Shown here piece by piece: positions 9,576-20,259 of a DNA stretch of 32,000 nt. The first letter of the stretch is position 1. The number at the start of each line of letters is the position of its first letter. Origin of the DNA: Bathycoccus prasinos (Eukaryota). Under the pieces are notes generated by a model. That model was given only the letters and a program-made list of their open reading frames with translations. It made no database searches and was not told where the DNA came from. The translations under genes were made by a program, and so were the position numbers. The stretch is taken from the NCBI GenBank assembly GCA_002220235.1, contig FO082265.1. One strand, written 5' to 3'.

Positions 9576-10309
9576 GCGACTCCTTACTTTCTAGTGAAAA
9601 GCAGCACCTCTTGATAATTGATTTTTTTCGAAATCTTTTCTGACGACGAATATAAAGGAGCGTGAAGACTATGTTGTGTTATTGTTTTTAAATCTTTTCT
9701 GTGAGAATGGTGTGAATTTAGCTTTATGGAATTTTTGGTCGTTTTGTGCTTATAAAAAAAAGAGTCTCTTTGAAAACTCTAATCGGGCTTGAGTAACTGT
9801 ATCATCCAATTCCACAAATCGTGCTGATCCTCAGTCTTGTTCTTTTCTGAACGTACAACCCTATAAAGATTAAACGATATCGAGGGACGGATCTATCGTG
9901 AGTGCGTAGACTTTGTTTGACCTTTACAAAGAAGAAAACAATACACCGTTTACGAAGTTACGACGACCGATTTTCCCTTTTTCCGCTCGGTGCGGTGAAA
10001 ACAAAAATCCAAAAAATTTTGTAATTTTTTGAATTTTGAAAATATCGCCCTTAGGAATTCCGTCGTCCATAATCTCTTAAACACATGGCATAATAGAAAT
10101 AACAATAAAACACAAATCAACAAAAATCATAGTAAACAAGCAAAACAGTAAACAGTCAAGTCAGTCAAAACAGTTACAACACATTTCGTCTTTCAACTTA
10201 ATTTGACTTCACAAGAAGAAAACATAAAAAGTTGCGCGCAGCTTTGCCAATACTTCTGCGCTTTAACAACACTATTTAAAAACTAAGACAATCTTAAACC
10301 GATATTATC
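9576..10309. promoter_or_regulatory. head-to-head intergenic region (734 bp), presumed bidirectional promoter NDC80 / H2A.Z
   Basis: Lies between the divergent ATGs 9575 (-) and 10310 (+). There is an A/C-rich low-complexity leader at 10080-10200. A 12-mer aaatcttttctg occurs twice (9631..9642, 9690..9701). Confidence 0.5.
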
Positions 10310-10971
10310 ATGTCAGGTAAAGGTGCTAAAGGACTTTCAGGAAAAGGACTTTCGGGGAAAGGGGCGAAAGGAACGATGTCCGATAAAAAGGGGGACAAGA
10401 AAAAACCAACTTCCCGGTCTGTAAAAGCTGGCCTACAATTTCCAGTTGGACGTATCCACCGTTTTCTCAAGGTAATTGCCAGTGTTGTAGTTCTAGTTCT
10501 ATTACGTTGCTAGCATCACGAACGATCTTGTCGAGTGATGATTTCAGAAACAAATCGCCTAAAAATTTCGACCGTTGACACAATTTTTAATTCCTGTTTT
10601 TACAGAATCGTGCTGCTTCTGGCGGCCGTGTAGGCGCAACTGCTGCAGTTTACTCAGCTGCCATTTTAGGTGCGCGCATATATGTGTATAAATTGTTTTA
10701 TTTAAATGTTCCGTAGAGTATCTCACGGCAGAAGTTCTCGAACTTGCCGGGAATGCTTCTAAAGATTTGAAGGTACCGAGATAGCACCTCCTGACGTATT
10801 CCACTTATAATTTTTCGAAAGGTCAAACGTATCACCCCACGTCATTTGCAGCTTGCAATTCGTGGAGACGAGGAACTCGATACCCTTATCAAAGCTACAA
10901 TCGCGGGTGGTGGTGTCATCCCACACATTCACAAGTCACTAATCAATAAATCTTCAAAGAAGAGTGATTAG
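10310..10971 (+). CDS. H2A.Z: histone variant H2A.Z, 4 exons, 143 aa
   Basis: Exons: 10310..10471, 10606..10669, 10717..10772, 10822..10971 (432 nt). Introns are 134, 47 and 49 nt. Product: ..[16 protein letters not shown]|[21 protein letters not shown]|[19 protein letters not shown]|[49 protein letters not shown]. The C-terminal block [24 protein letters not shown] is diagnostic of H2A.Z rather than canonical H2A. Confidence 0.95.
10328..10357 (+). repeat. 15-nt tandem duplication encoding [10 protein letters not shown] within the Lys/Gly-rich H2A.Z N-tail
   Basis: aaaggactttcagga / aaaggactttcgggg. The tail reads [21 protein letters not shown]. Confidence 0.85.
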
Positions 10972-11297
10972 ATTCTCAAAGCATTACCTTTTTCTCAGTA
11001 CGGAAGTTACATAACCATCACAAAGTGTTCCTTTTACTTTCTTTGCGTGAGCTGAGTTTATTTTATGTACTTAATAAATATACAAATACAAAAGTTTGCT
11101 AGTTCTATTCACCCTCTTCAACTAAGCTTGGTTATTAGTATATTGAATAGCAATAGCACGTTATCACCTCCTCTTCAGGCTCTTCCACTTTTTGCATAAA
11201 CGAGTAAAAGCTCTAAAAAAAGTCTTGTTTGATTCCCACCACTACAATTTATAGAATGGCTATACATATTTTATCTCTGCAAACTTCTTCAAATCAC

Positions 11298-14200
11298 TTA
11301 TTTCCTCCATTTTCTTCGAAACTTTAGCTTGGACTGCACGGAGGTATATACTTCGTTAAAATATCTGTCCTCAACAAGACTTCGTAAAAGCTGAAGTACT
11401 TCAAGTGCAAGTTCTCTATGTTCGATTGAAATTCCGTTAACTTTAGGATCGATGCATATATAGCACGGGAATATGAGCTCATAAAGGATGCTGGGATGAG
11501 AAAACAACATTTCAACATCAATTCCAGCGATAATTCCAGCGAGACAACGTATGCTCACTTCACGAATGCAGTTACTTGCCACAATACAGTATCTGCCAAC
11601 TCTTTGTAGAAATGTGATTCCTTTGTTTGCTCTCATTTCTGTACTCTTCTCGGTCAAGCTAGCATTCTTAGAAAGAAATAGCAATGTAATCGACGCGATA
11701 TTCTTTGCATTCTGTCTTAAAACTTCCAGCTCTATTGATATGTCACTGCTCTTGAAGTTATTCTCGAATAGTAGCATCGAATTATTTACAGCAAGTTCTA
11801 AGTAAACATCATCATGCTGAAAAGAAAGATTTTCCGAATTCAATGAATAATCATCTCCACGCATTTTTAAGTATTGACCCAATATTCGCGTCGATGATGA
11901 CTGAAGCCATTCATGCTCATGTTTTAAAAGTTGAACTATTAAGAAAATTGTCTTTTCTATTTTTATCTCTCGGTATTTAAAAAACTGAGGTGTTACTACC
12001 CATAATCTTTCGATAAATAATAAAAGATTGTATTGGAGCAACCATTTCTCATCTTTATTGAAATTTTGAATTTCTAATACAGAAAGAATTTGCGGCCAAA
12101 TGCTTCTGATCGTACTTATTACCTTCTCTGGACAAATTTCTAATGCTACATTCATTACCTGGACTGAAAGTCGCTTCAACGTCATACTTTGCTCTTCTGT
12201 GAACCATTTCTGTAACCAAGTTAAAAAGATGTTAGCCTTTTCTTCACTAATACACGACAGAAGAGCAGCAATAGTTTCCCCTGCACCCCGTCGACATATA
12301 CTGGAGGCATCAGTACCCAGTTGAACAATTAGAGGAACAAACATAACTTCTGCTGTATCTCTCAAGACACTTTTTGGAAATTTCAAAATCACGGCGTGCA
12401 GTGTATTGAGTACGGATGCTCTCCCGACAGGACACTCATACTTCAGATTTGCAATAAGCTGTTCTAAATAGTCCTGTAACCTTCTAGCTCCAAGTGGATA
12501 ATCAAGTAAAAACTGGAGAAAAGTTTGAGCACACATTTTCCTTGAATGCTCGGAGGTTCCAGTTGCGACTAAACAGCAGATCCCATCCATTCCTGTATAT
12601 ATTTCTGACAGAAGTGGTCGACGTGACAAAATAGCACGCAATACAGAATGGCATACTGAAGTACTACTCTCGACTTCTATGTTATCAAAAGCGTAACCAA
12701 GAACCACACGGTACTGAGCATTTGACGGAGATACATTGGCATATCTTGACATTAGATTTGAGAGAAGTCGAAGGCAATCTTGAGCAAGTTGTGGATCACT
12801 ACCTGATGCATTCAATAGAGCAAGGATCCGCCTAATTAATGAATCTGGATTGTGCTCAAACTTACTCAATCTCATATTCGTCAAGTCAGAAAGAATTTGT
12901 AAACATAGAAGAGGAATTTCATGATTCGCACAGTTCATCAAACGAAATAGTACAGGAACTATATCCTCTAATATATTAAAGTACTCCTTCCTTTCACCAT
13001 CCGGAATGTTTTTTGTTGAGAAGTGCTTCAGTACACCTTTGATCAACCTCAAAGCAAACAAAACAATAACAGGATTATTATTTATAACAGTAGTATTGAT
13101 TTCTTGCGTTGTAGATATATTTTCATCCGCAACAATATTATCAAAGGAAAGAAATTCAGCAGAAGAATCAATTGACAAAATGGATCTGGCCACTACAAGA
13201 ATTTCTTTCCCTTCAAGATTTTTTCTGACTAAAATACCTTTATGAATAGAAAACAGAATCTGTTCAATCTTACGATTACTTTGAATATTTCCAAAGTCAT
13301 GGAGACGTCTGGTGACCAATGAGAGCAATATTGGCATTGAAGCAGGGAAAGACGCTCTTACAGAAAGCAGCTCAATGGATTCAAGCGACCGTGAGTGACG
13401 AGCTTCTGGAATCTTTGCAGTAATTTTTGCGATCTCTCGTGCTTCAGAAACTTCACCAAAAATATCTGCATCTAGTATTGGTAACACTTCTGGGAGAAAA
13501 GCATCGACTTCTACATTTTGTGCCTCTAAAGTAGTTACTTTTAGAATATCATAAGTTATTGACCCGAGGACATGTAGTTGGAAACCATTTAGAAGTTGAG
13601 CACGCAGGATTCTGATAACGTACGGCACATAAGGAGCTCCAAAAACTCTAGCGACATTTGATAACGACACTCTTGCCGCATCCCTTATGCCTTGGGATCG
13701 ATCAACTAAACTTACGCACAACAGCAATATAAGTCTTTGAAGGTGTATCTTCAATTCATGCTCTGGAAGAAAGCTGAGGATATGTGCACATGAAAGAACC
13801 AGCGCAGGAGATACTTCTTTTTTAATCGATCCGATCTCATTCTCACGATCCGGCAAAAACTTTATTAATTTTGGATAAAATTCTTTAAAAAGATCTCGAA
13901 ATTTTTCTTGATCTTCGAGGTTCGAAAAGCGATCCAAATTTTCAAGAACAGAAGCAAATGCACGTAAATATGCACTATTTTGAAGGTAGCCACTGTAAAA
14001 TTTACGAAATAGTTTGCGCAGAATATCTTTAAACGCAGGCCATGGTAGTTTCGATGAAATCTGACGAACTACAGATACAGCTGTTGCTGCAACATTTGAT
14101 ACAGGATCTGCCAGACACATTAAGACAATAGGTATATAATAGTCCAAAACAGTTGATAAACGGCACTCTGACGATGTAGAAGCACTCTCTAGCTGAGTTA

Positions 14201-17200
14201 GAGCACGAGTGCGTCGATGCGACTGTAGATGTGTAATATTTATGAAAAAGTCCGTCTCAGAATCACTTTTGGACAATACGCTCAAACCGGGAGCGCAATG
14301 AGGCTGTGTCTTTGCAAGATGACCAACGAGATGAATAGCAACTGATCTTTTACTTTTCTCGGAGCTATTCATTGACCTCTTGATTCCTGGTAATACTATT
14401 TCAGAATATACTAAGGTAAATGTATCTTTACACGAAGGGATCGAAAGAGCATCGATGAAATTTTGAACTGTTGACTGCGCAGCATGACAAATAGCGAAGT
14501 CAGACGAATCTAAGTCATGCAAAGCTTGAAAAAGAATTGCTTTCATATTTTGTTGAGAATTTGCACAAAACCAGTTCGTCGTCAATTTTTCATAAGCTTT
14601 AAGCCTCATTTCAAAATTAACCTCCTCTAAACTATTTTCCACAGTCGAATTCAGTTTCCGAAGAATCTTTGTCGACACCCAAAGAGAATCAAAATTCTTT
14701 GCTATTGCAGAAAGCGCATCAATTATTTCCGATCGCACACTGATACTTCGTACTTTGCTTAGAAATGGAATTATCAATGCCCAGAATTTATCGATATCTT
14801 TGGGATTTACAATTGCTGAAGAGTCCAAAAAAGCTGTAGAAAATCCCAAGAGTAATTTTGATAGCATACCTTCGTCTAGTCTCGGAAATGTAGCGAGTCT
14901 ATCTAAAGATACAATAGTTGCATGAACTGCATTTTTACCTCCCAAGGTAAGACTCAAACGACTTACCAATGTGAAGGTATGTTCTAACTTCAAATTGAAT
15001 CGGCTTCGCACCCATTTACCCGCACGATTTGGATTTTGAATAGGATGTAAAACAAGTATTTGAAGCGATTCAAACAGTTCTTTTGAATGTTTCATCAGGA
15101 TCTGTTTAGCCATCTTTTTGTTTCCAACATTGTCAATTTCTGTATGACACGTAAGACTCTCAGCAATATCTAAACATAAGACACGACTTTGTTCAGAAGC
15201 GACTTCGGATTTTAAAGTCTCCCAAACAAACTTGAGGCTTGATGTGGATTCCTCAACACTCAGAAAGGTTAACAAGAGATGATGACTAGAAGCTAAAGAT
15301 CTCACGAGCTGTAAAATAACCGGTGGTATTGATGCACTACACTCATTTGAAAGACGAAGCAGTAGCGGTTTCATGATGTAAACCAAATCATTGAAGTATA
15401 CACGAAATTCAAATTGAGGATGCCTAATAAGTAAATCTGCCAGCACTCGTAAAGAATAGGTGCGAACATTTCTTGCATGTTTCCTTTCATCTCTATGTAA
15501 TGTAGCATCTAAGATGCAATTTTTATTTTGATCCACTCTATCTGTATTATATGAAGTACAAGGTGATGCTGTTTTATTGACTTTTATAAACCTCTCATGT
15601 TCACAAATACCCGCCACAGTACAGATAAGCCTCATAGATATTGGCACAATAACTTGTATATATTCGAGTACATGCTCACCCAAGTAATACAACAAATCCT
15701 CCAAATTTCTAAAAAATATATTAATGGATTTCATTGACAACATTGAGAAGTCAAGGCACGTTTCAAGACAACTTTCTTCCCTGAAATCATTTTCAATTGC
15801 CAGATGAATCATATCATCTAAAACTAACTGATTATGAATTACAATTGAGAAAAACGTACGCATCAATGGAAGAACCTCTCTGGAATCTAGTTCTGCCATC
15901 CATGAGTATGAAGCCTTACGGATGGAAATATTTCTACTTGAACCTTTGCGCAAGCGTGGAAGCAAAATTTGAAGAACAAGAGGCACAATCTTCGATCGAT
16001 GTTGTTTTTCTATCACAGTAATACCAAGCTTTTGCTCTGACACATGTCCTGGAAAACATAAGCTTGTGAGAGCTTGCTTAGTCGTTTTCGGAGTAGCAAT
16101 TGCTTGTAGATGAACAATAATATCGCGTGTAAGATATGGGAAATCCCAATGTCCTAAACAACGGATTGCCAAACATGCTAACTGTGGATCATTTGATTGA
16201 AGCATCTCCAGCAGCTTACAATAAATCTCACTACACTCTTGAAATCCAAGAAAGCTATAACCTCCTCTAAGTGAATTATCAAAAGAATGAAGCCATTTTT
16301 GCATACCAGTCTTCCAAGCAAAACAATTAGTATTGATTTCCCACTTTGTGTATTTTAAGAACTCGGCTGAAATTCGATGATAAAAAACACTATCCGAGAA
16401 CGAAAATTTGGAAAGAGTATCTAAGAGTAAATTAAGCCGAATCCACGGATTTAATCCATACTCTACCTGATTAATTTGAAGTGCTATAAATTCTTGCACT
16501 TCGATTTCATCTATTTGAACATCTAAGTTCGGAATTTTCGATTCGTTTTTATTTACTAGCTCCAAATTGCACTCCAGCTGTGTTTCTTCGAGATGAAAAA
16601 TAAAGACTTCGCGAGCCTCTGCGTACATATTAAGAAGCATTCCCAGGGTCGATATTATGGATGGCCACAATGTAGAAAGCTTAATATTTAAAGCACCAAT
16701 ACATACACTCATTATTAGTTTTATAGATTGATGTGGAATAGTAGTGGAACTCAGAGATCGAGAGACAGCCTGAAGCATAACTTCATATTGCCTCAAGTTG
16801 GAGAGGAGCTTGGTACTTTTTCCTGGGTCTTGTGCATTCAAAATGCAAAATTTTGAAAGTATATCCTTCACTACCATCCATGATTTTTCTTTCTCATCCA
16901 CCATTAAAACACTCAAATATTTGAGGTTAGCATATCGCACGTGGCGATTAGATGAAGTAAGTCCTCCAAAATTTTCTGGAATTGCTGCTTTCAAAAAGAT
17001 CATACTAGTATTCAGCATATGCTTGGATTCAAGAAGCTCTGTAGCACATAGTAACGGTCCTGAATAAAGCCGTGAAATTTTAATTACCCTGAAAAACAAA
17101 CGAGGATAGATGGTTTCAGCATACTGAGAAGTAACATTTGAAAGTTTATTTAGAGTCACAAGAGCTTGAAGTCCCGCTACTAGAATTGCAAAAGTAGGTT

Positions 17201-18833
17201 TGATTGCTTCATCTTCAGTAATCTTCTTTTCTTCTTGTAAAGTTTCTAACTTTGTGAGAGCGTAATCTAGTATGCTTTCAACAATGGAGTGGCATGCTTC
17301 AAACTCCACACAAAACGGTGCAACTCGTACAGCGCCCCATAGAACACTCAGAGGATAAACACAAGATTGGTGCGTTTGTAATATGTTGATAATTTTCACA
17401 TGATTAATTTCATTTTCGACCAAAAAATCTCTGTCGACACAATTGCACTCCAATAATATTCGGCACGATTCAGAAGTAATTGCAATACCAACGTCTGATA
17501 CTTCTTCTAAAAATTTGACCAAACAAACGGAGGTAAAAATTTTAAGCATATTCATTGCTGCAAGATTTTGGAGTCTTGCTCTCTGATTTAGACCTTTTAG
17601 ATACTTTACAATTGAGTGGGAAGAGGCGATCGAAATCAACCTCACCCATTGAATCGCCCTTTCTGCCATTTTAAATGGTCCAGCACTTGATCCATACACA
17701 ATATTGTGTGCATCACATATATTGAAAATGAGTTCGAATAGAGTTTGCTGTATCGAGTCATCTTGATTCATAACCTTTGAGATACAATAGAATTCGAGAG
17801 TAAGTTCAAAAACTTCAAAGATAGGCATAAAGTTTTCGACAGCAGATCCATTGTTGTGTTTCACCATCATCGAAACCAATTTCATGTGATAATTTATTTT
17901 ATTTGCGTTACTTTTTTCACTCTGAAGGTTCGTTCGAATAGCAGAAAGTAAGGTGTCCCATAATATTCCAAGTCTTCCCCTCCGTCCAAAGCTGCAAACT
18001 TTTCGCAACATTTCATTTGCTACTTCGAATAAATGGGATTCAGCGAAGAGTTCTGTATCAGGATCAAATATCACAGTAAAAATTTTGGTGGAGGTGGAAT
18101 GTAGACCATGAGCTGCGCCACGAACTGTCTCAGCAAGAAGTGCACCGGCGCTTTCGCATTTCACGCTACTCGCAGTGTTGAAATTAGATATTTCTAATTT
18201 ATCTTTTCCAGTATCACCTTCAATTTCTCGTAGAATCTTTAAAATTCCAATCGAAATTTGGACTTGTGTGGCTCTCCTCAAGATCAAAGCAAGTCCTTGA
18301 ACGGTGAAAGAACGGATATTTGCTGATTTGTGCATCCTTAAATTCTTCGTAATTCGCAATGTTCCTGAAATATCACGAGATAAATCCTCATGAAGTAACT
18401 TGCACAGGCGTGCAAAGCAAGTAAATAGTTGTTTAAGAATCTCAGGTTCATGCTCGACGCCTTCCTTTATTAAACTCTCAAATTTAATCATAGCTTCAGG
18501 AAAATATTTCAAAAATTCTCTACCAACATCCCGTGATATTGCTTCTAATAAGTCAAAAAGAGCCTCAAATGAGTTCTTGGATTGAATACAAAAACGCCTT
18601 AACAAGGATTGGACGAGAACATCTTGATGGAGCAATATTTGTGGAAGTGTCTCTGAAATTTCCCGAACTTCTGAAACATAGTCGATAAAATCTTTCCGAA
18701 AATTCAGCTCAGACCATTTCAGTAAAGCATCCTTGAAGAAGGAACAAGTCTTACACTTAGATTTCTTGACTTGATTCAACCTGTTAAGAGTGACTCTCAC
18801 TTCCGAGATTTGTTCTGAAAAGTTTTGGGTCAT
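11298..18833 (-). CDS. UTP20: U3 snoRNP / SSU-processome HEAT-repeat protein UTP20 (DRIM-like), 2511 aa, intronless
   Basis: Single ATG(18833)..stop ORF of 7536 nt. The N-terminus (FFKDALLKWSELNFRKDF..LLHQDVLVQSLL..KNSFEALFDLLEAISRDVGREFLKYFPE..HKSANIRSFTVQGLALILRRA) parallels the human UTP20 N-terminus as I recall it (YFFEGLLKWRELNLTEHF..YHQNEIVQSL..NSFAYQPLLDLVVQLARDLQMDFYPHFPEF..HIRNFAAESFTFLMRKV). Size, all-helical repeat character and a basic C-terminus (KLKFRRKWRK) fit. Confidence 0.75.
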   Translation of the reverse strand: MTQNFSEQISEVRVTLNRLNQVKKSKCKTCSFFKDALLKWSELNFRKDFIDYVSEVREISETLPQILLHQDVLVQSLLRRFCIQSKNSFEALFDLLEAISRDVGREFLKYFPEAMIKFESLIKEGVEHEPEILKQLFTCFARLCKLLHEDLSRDISGTLRITKNLRMHKSANIRSFTVQGLALILRRATQVQISIGILKILREIEGDTGKDKLEISNFNTASSVKCESAGALLAETVRGAAHGLHSTSTKIFTVIFDPDTELFAESHLFEVANEMLRKVCSFGRRGRLGILWDTLLSAIRTNLQSEKSNANKINYHMKLVSMMVKHNNGSAVENFMPIFEVFELTLEFYCISKVMNQDDSIQQTLFELIFNICDAHNIVYGSSAGPFKMAERAIQWVRLISIASSHSIVKYLKGLNQRARLQNLAAMNMLKIFTSVCLVKFLEEVSDVGIAITSESCRILLECNCVDRDFLVENEINHVKIINILQTHQSCVYPLSVLWGAVRVAPFCVEFEACHSIVESILDYALTKLETLQEEKKITEDEAIKPTFAILVAGLQALVTLNKLSNVTSQYAETIYPRLFFRVIKISRLYSGPLLCATELLESKHMLNTSMIFLKAAIPENFGGLTSSNRHVRYANLKYLSVLMVDEKEKSWMVVKDILSKFCILNAQDPGKSTKLLSNLRQYEVMLQAVSRSLSSTTIPHQSIKLIMSVCIGALNIKLSTLWPSIISTLGMLLNMYAEAREVFIFHLEETQLECNLELVNKNESKIPNLDVQIDEIEVQEFIALQINQVEYGLNPWIRLNLLLDTLSKFSFSDSVFYHRISAEFLKYTKWEINTNCFAWKTGMQKWLHSFDNSLRGGYSFLGFQECSEIYCKLLEMLQSNDPQLACLAIRCLGHWDFPYLTRDIIVHLQAIATPKTTKQALTSLCFPGHVSEQKLGITVIEKQHRSKIVPLVLQILLPRLRKGSSRNISIRKASYSWMAELDSREVLPLMRTFFSIVIHNQLVLDDMIHLAIENDFREESCLETCLDFSMLSMKSINIFFRNLEDLLYYLGEHVLEYIQVIVPISMRLICTVAGICEHERFIKVNKTASPCTSYNTDRVDQNKNCILDATLHRDERKHARNVRTYSLRVLADLLIRHPQFEFRVYFNDLVYIMKPLLLRLSNECSASIPPVILQLVRSLASSHHLLLTFLSVEESTSSLKFVWETLKSEVASEQSRVLCLDIAESLTCHTEIDNVGNKKMAKQILMKHSKELFESLQILVLHPIQNPNRAGKWVRSRFNLKLEHTFTLVSRLSLTLGGKNAVHATIVSLDRLATFPRLDEGMLSKLLLGFSTAFLDSSAIVNPKDIDKFWALIIPFLSKVRSISVRSEIIDALSAIAKNFDSLWVSTKILRKLNSTVENSLEEVNFEMRLKAYEKLTTNWFCANSQQNMKAILFQALHDLDSSDFAICHAAQSTVQNFIDALSIPSCKDTFTLVYSEIVLPGIKRSMNSSEKSKRSVAIHLVGHLAKTQPHCAPGLSVLSKSDSETDFFINITHLQSHRRTRALTQLESASTSSECRLSTVLDYYIPIVLMCLADPVSNVAATAVSVVRQISSKLPWPAFKDILRKLFRKFYSGYLQNSAYLRAFASVLENLDRFSNLEDQEKFRDLFKEFYPKLIKFLPDRENEIGSIKKEVSPALVLSCAHILSFLPEHELKIHLQRLILLLCVSLVDRSQGIRDAARVSLSNVARVFGAPYVPYVIRILRAQLLNGFQLHVLGSITYDILKVTTLEAQNVEVDAFLPEVLPILDADIFGEVSEAREIAKITAKIPEARHSRSLESIELLSVRASFPASMPILLSLVTRRLHDFGNIQSNRKIEQILFSIHKGILVRKNLEGKEILVVARSILSIDSSAEFLSFDNIVADENISTTQEINTTVINNNPVIVLFALRLIKGVLKHFSTKNIPDGERKEYFNILEDIVPVLFRLMNCANHEIPLLCLQILSDLTNMRLSKFEHNPDSLIRRILALLNASGSDPQLAQDCLRLLSNLMSRYANVSPSNAQYRVVLGYAFDNIEVESSTSVCHSVLRAILSRRPLLSEIYTGMDGICCLVATGTSEHSRKMCAQTFLQFLLDYPLGARRLQDYLEQLIANLKYECPVGRASVLNTLHAVILKFPKSVLRDTAEVMFVPLIVQLGTDASSICRRGAGETIAALLSCISEEKANIFLTWLQKWFTEEQSMTLKRLSVQVMNVALEICPEKVISTIRSIWPQILSVLEIQNFNKDEKWLLQYNLLLFIERLWVVTPQFFKYREIKIEKTIFLIVQLLKHEHEWLQSSSTRILGQYLKMRGDDYSLNSENLSFQHDDVYLELAVNNSMLLFENNFKSSDISIELEVLRQNAKNIASITLLFLSKNASLTEKSTEMRANKGITFLQRVGRYCIVASNCIREVSIRCLAGIIAGIDVEMLFSHPSILYELIFPCYICIDPKVNGISIEHRELALEVLQLLRSLVEDRYFNEVYTSVQSKLKFRRKWRK

Positions 18834-19339
18834 GGTTATTTCTTTGAAGATGAAAAGATTTTCAAGAACTTTGGACCAATATGGAACGACAGTAGGCTTC
18901 GAAGAAGAATTCTGAACAGATTGGTATATTGTAACTGTTCTTTAGATTTATCTTTACAATGTGCGTGTAACTGGCCGAAGGCATGCGTACAGACTCTCAT
19001 GGCCTAAGATTCGTGAGTTTTTTTGGAGCCGCAATTCTGTCTTTCTGTGTGCCTGCTTCGGATTTTCGGTTCAGGGGGATTTGTTGTCTTTAGGGTGTCA
19101 ATTTTTTTATAATTTCTTTCCCAGGAAACCTTCCAAATTCCATAACTGGACAGTCCGAGAAAGTTGAAGACTGGTTAACGTGAACTTAAACGAACGCTTT
19201 GCTATCAACAATTTTGTCTGTGATTGATAATAAATTTCGTAGTATCCGAGATTCCACACTGATAGATTTTTAGATACGAGCTATTCATTCAGAAAAATAT
19301 CTCCAATTTTCAATTTCCCCGCCTTGATTTCAAAAGAAG
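18834..19339. promoter_or_regulatory. head-to-head intergenic region (506 bp), presumed bidirectional promoter UTP20 / ERD2
   Basis: Lies between the divergent ATGs 18833 (-) and 19340 (+). G/C-rich patch at 19020-19090. Only short spurious ORFs. Confidence 0.5.
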
Positions 19340-20122
19340 ATGAACATTTTTCGTTTTGGTATGTTTCTGCTACTTTACCTTTTCAGGCAACAAACTTTGC
19401 TGAGCCTTTAAACTAACACTCTTTCTCACTACTTTCAGCCGGAGATATGACGCACTTACTAAGTATAATAGTGAGTATTTTTATGACCATACTTTGAGAA
19501 GAGTTTTCTAATGAACGCTGCACAGGTCCTCCTTCTTAAAATCCATGCAACAAAGAATTGTTCTGGAGTTTCTCTCAAAACACAAGAACTCTATGCGATC
19601 GTGTTTGTTACTAGATATCTCGATCTATTGTTTTCTTTCATTAGTTTGTATAACACGATAATGAAGTTGATTTTTATAGGTTCTAGCGCGTGCATCATTT
19701 GGTATATCCGTTTTCACAGGGTTGTCAGCCAAACTTATGATAGGGAGCAAGATACGTTCCGAGTAATATTTCTGATACTGCCTTGCCTCCTACTTGGAAT
19801 ATTCATAAATCATGAGTTCACAATAACCGAAATTTTATGGACTTTCTCCATCTACCTTGAAGCTGTCGCTATTCTACCGCAACTTGTTTTATTGCAACGT
19901 ACAAAAAATGTTGATACGCTTACGGGAAATTATGTATTCTTACTCGGAGGGTATAGGGCGCTTTACCTATTAAACTGGATTTATCGCTTTCTCACAGAGC
20001 CGGGTTATCGGCAATGGATTGTTTGGATCAGTGGGACTATACAAACCGCAATATATTGCGATTTCTTTTACTACTATTTCCAGTCTTGGAGGCGAAATGA
20101 AAAATTGTCTTTACCCAGTTAG
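19340..20122 (+). CDS. ERD2: ER lumen protein-retaining receptor (KDEL receptor), 3 exons, 215 aa
   Basis: Exons: 19340..19358, 19439..19470, 19526..20122 (648 nt). Introns are 80 and 55 nt. Product MNIFRF|AGDMTHLLSII|VLLLKIHATKNCSGVSLKTQELYAIVFVTRYLDL..YNTIMKLIF..EILWTFSIYLEAVAILPQL..YRALYLLNWIYRF..TAIYCDFFYYY is collinear with ERD2 (MNIFRFLGDLSHLLAIILLLLKI..). Confidence 0.93.
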
Positions 20123-20259
20123 TTCTAAATTCAATCTTCCGCTGGAAAGTTGTTGAATCACGAAGATTGATACTTTATCAAGCGGTTATTATTAATATTA
20201 ATTATTAATATAAAACTAAATTTATTTTATACTTCATAATTTGGGAAGCTACAATATCT

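Noticed and set aside
10535-10541. Box C-like GUGAUGA in H2A.Z intron 1 as evidence for an intronic C/D snoRNA. I made a similar look in the AMT 198-nt and BPL long introns.
   Set aside because: There is no box D (CUGA) in the right position and no terminal stem. In the BPL intron the CUGA precedes a UGAUGU, which is the wrong order. No H/ACA hairpin-hinge-ACA architecture was seen.
20191-20202. 12-bp AT palindrome attaatattaat in the ERD2/CPW-WPC tail-to-tail spacer as a bidirectional terminator
   Set aside because: Pure A/T palindromes of this length are expected by chance in AT-rich spacers. No analogous element occurs in the other seven convergent spacers.
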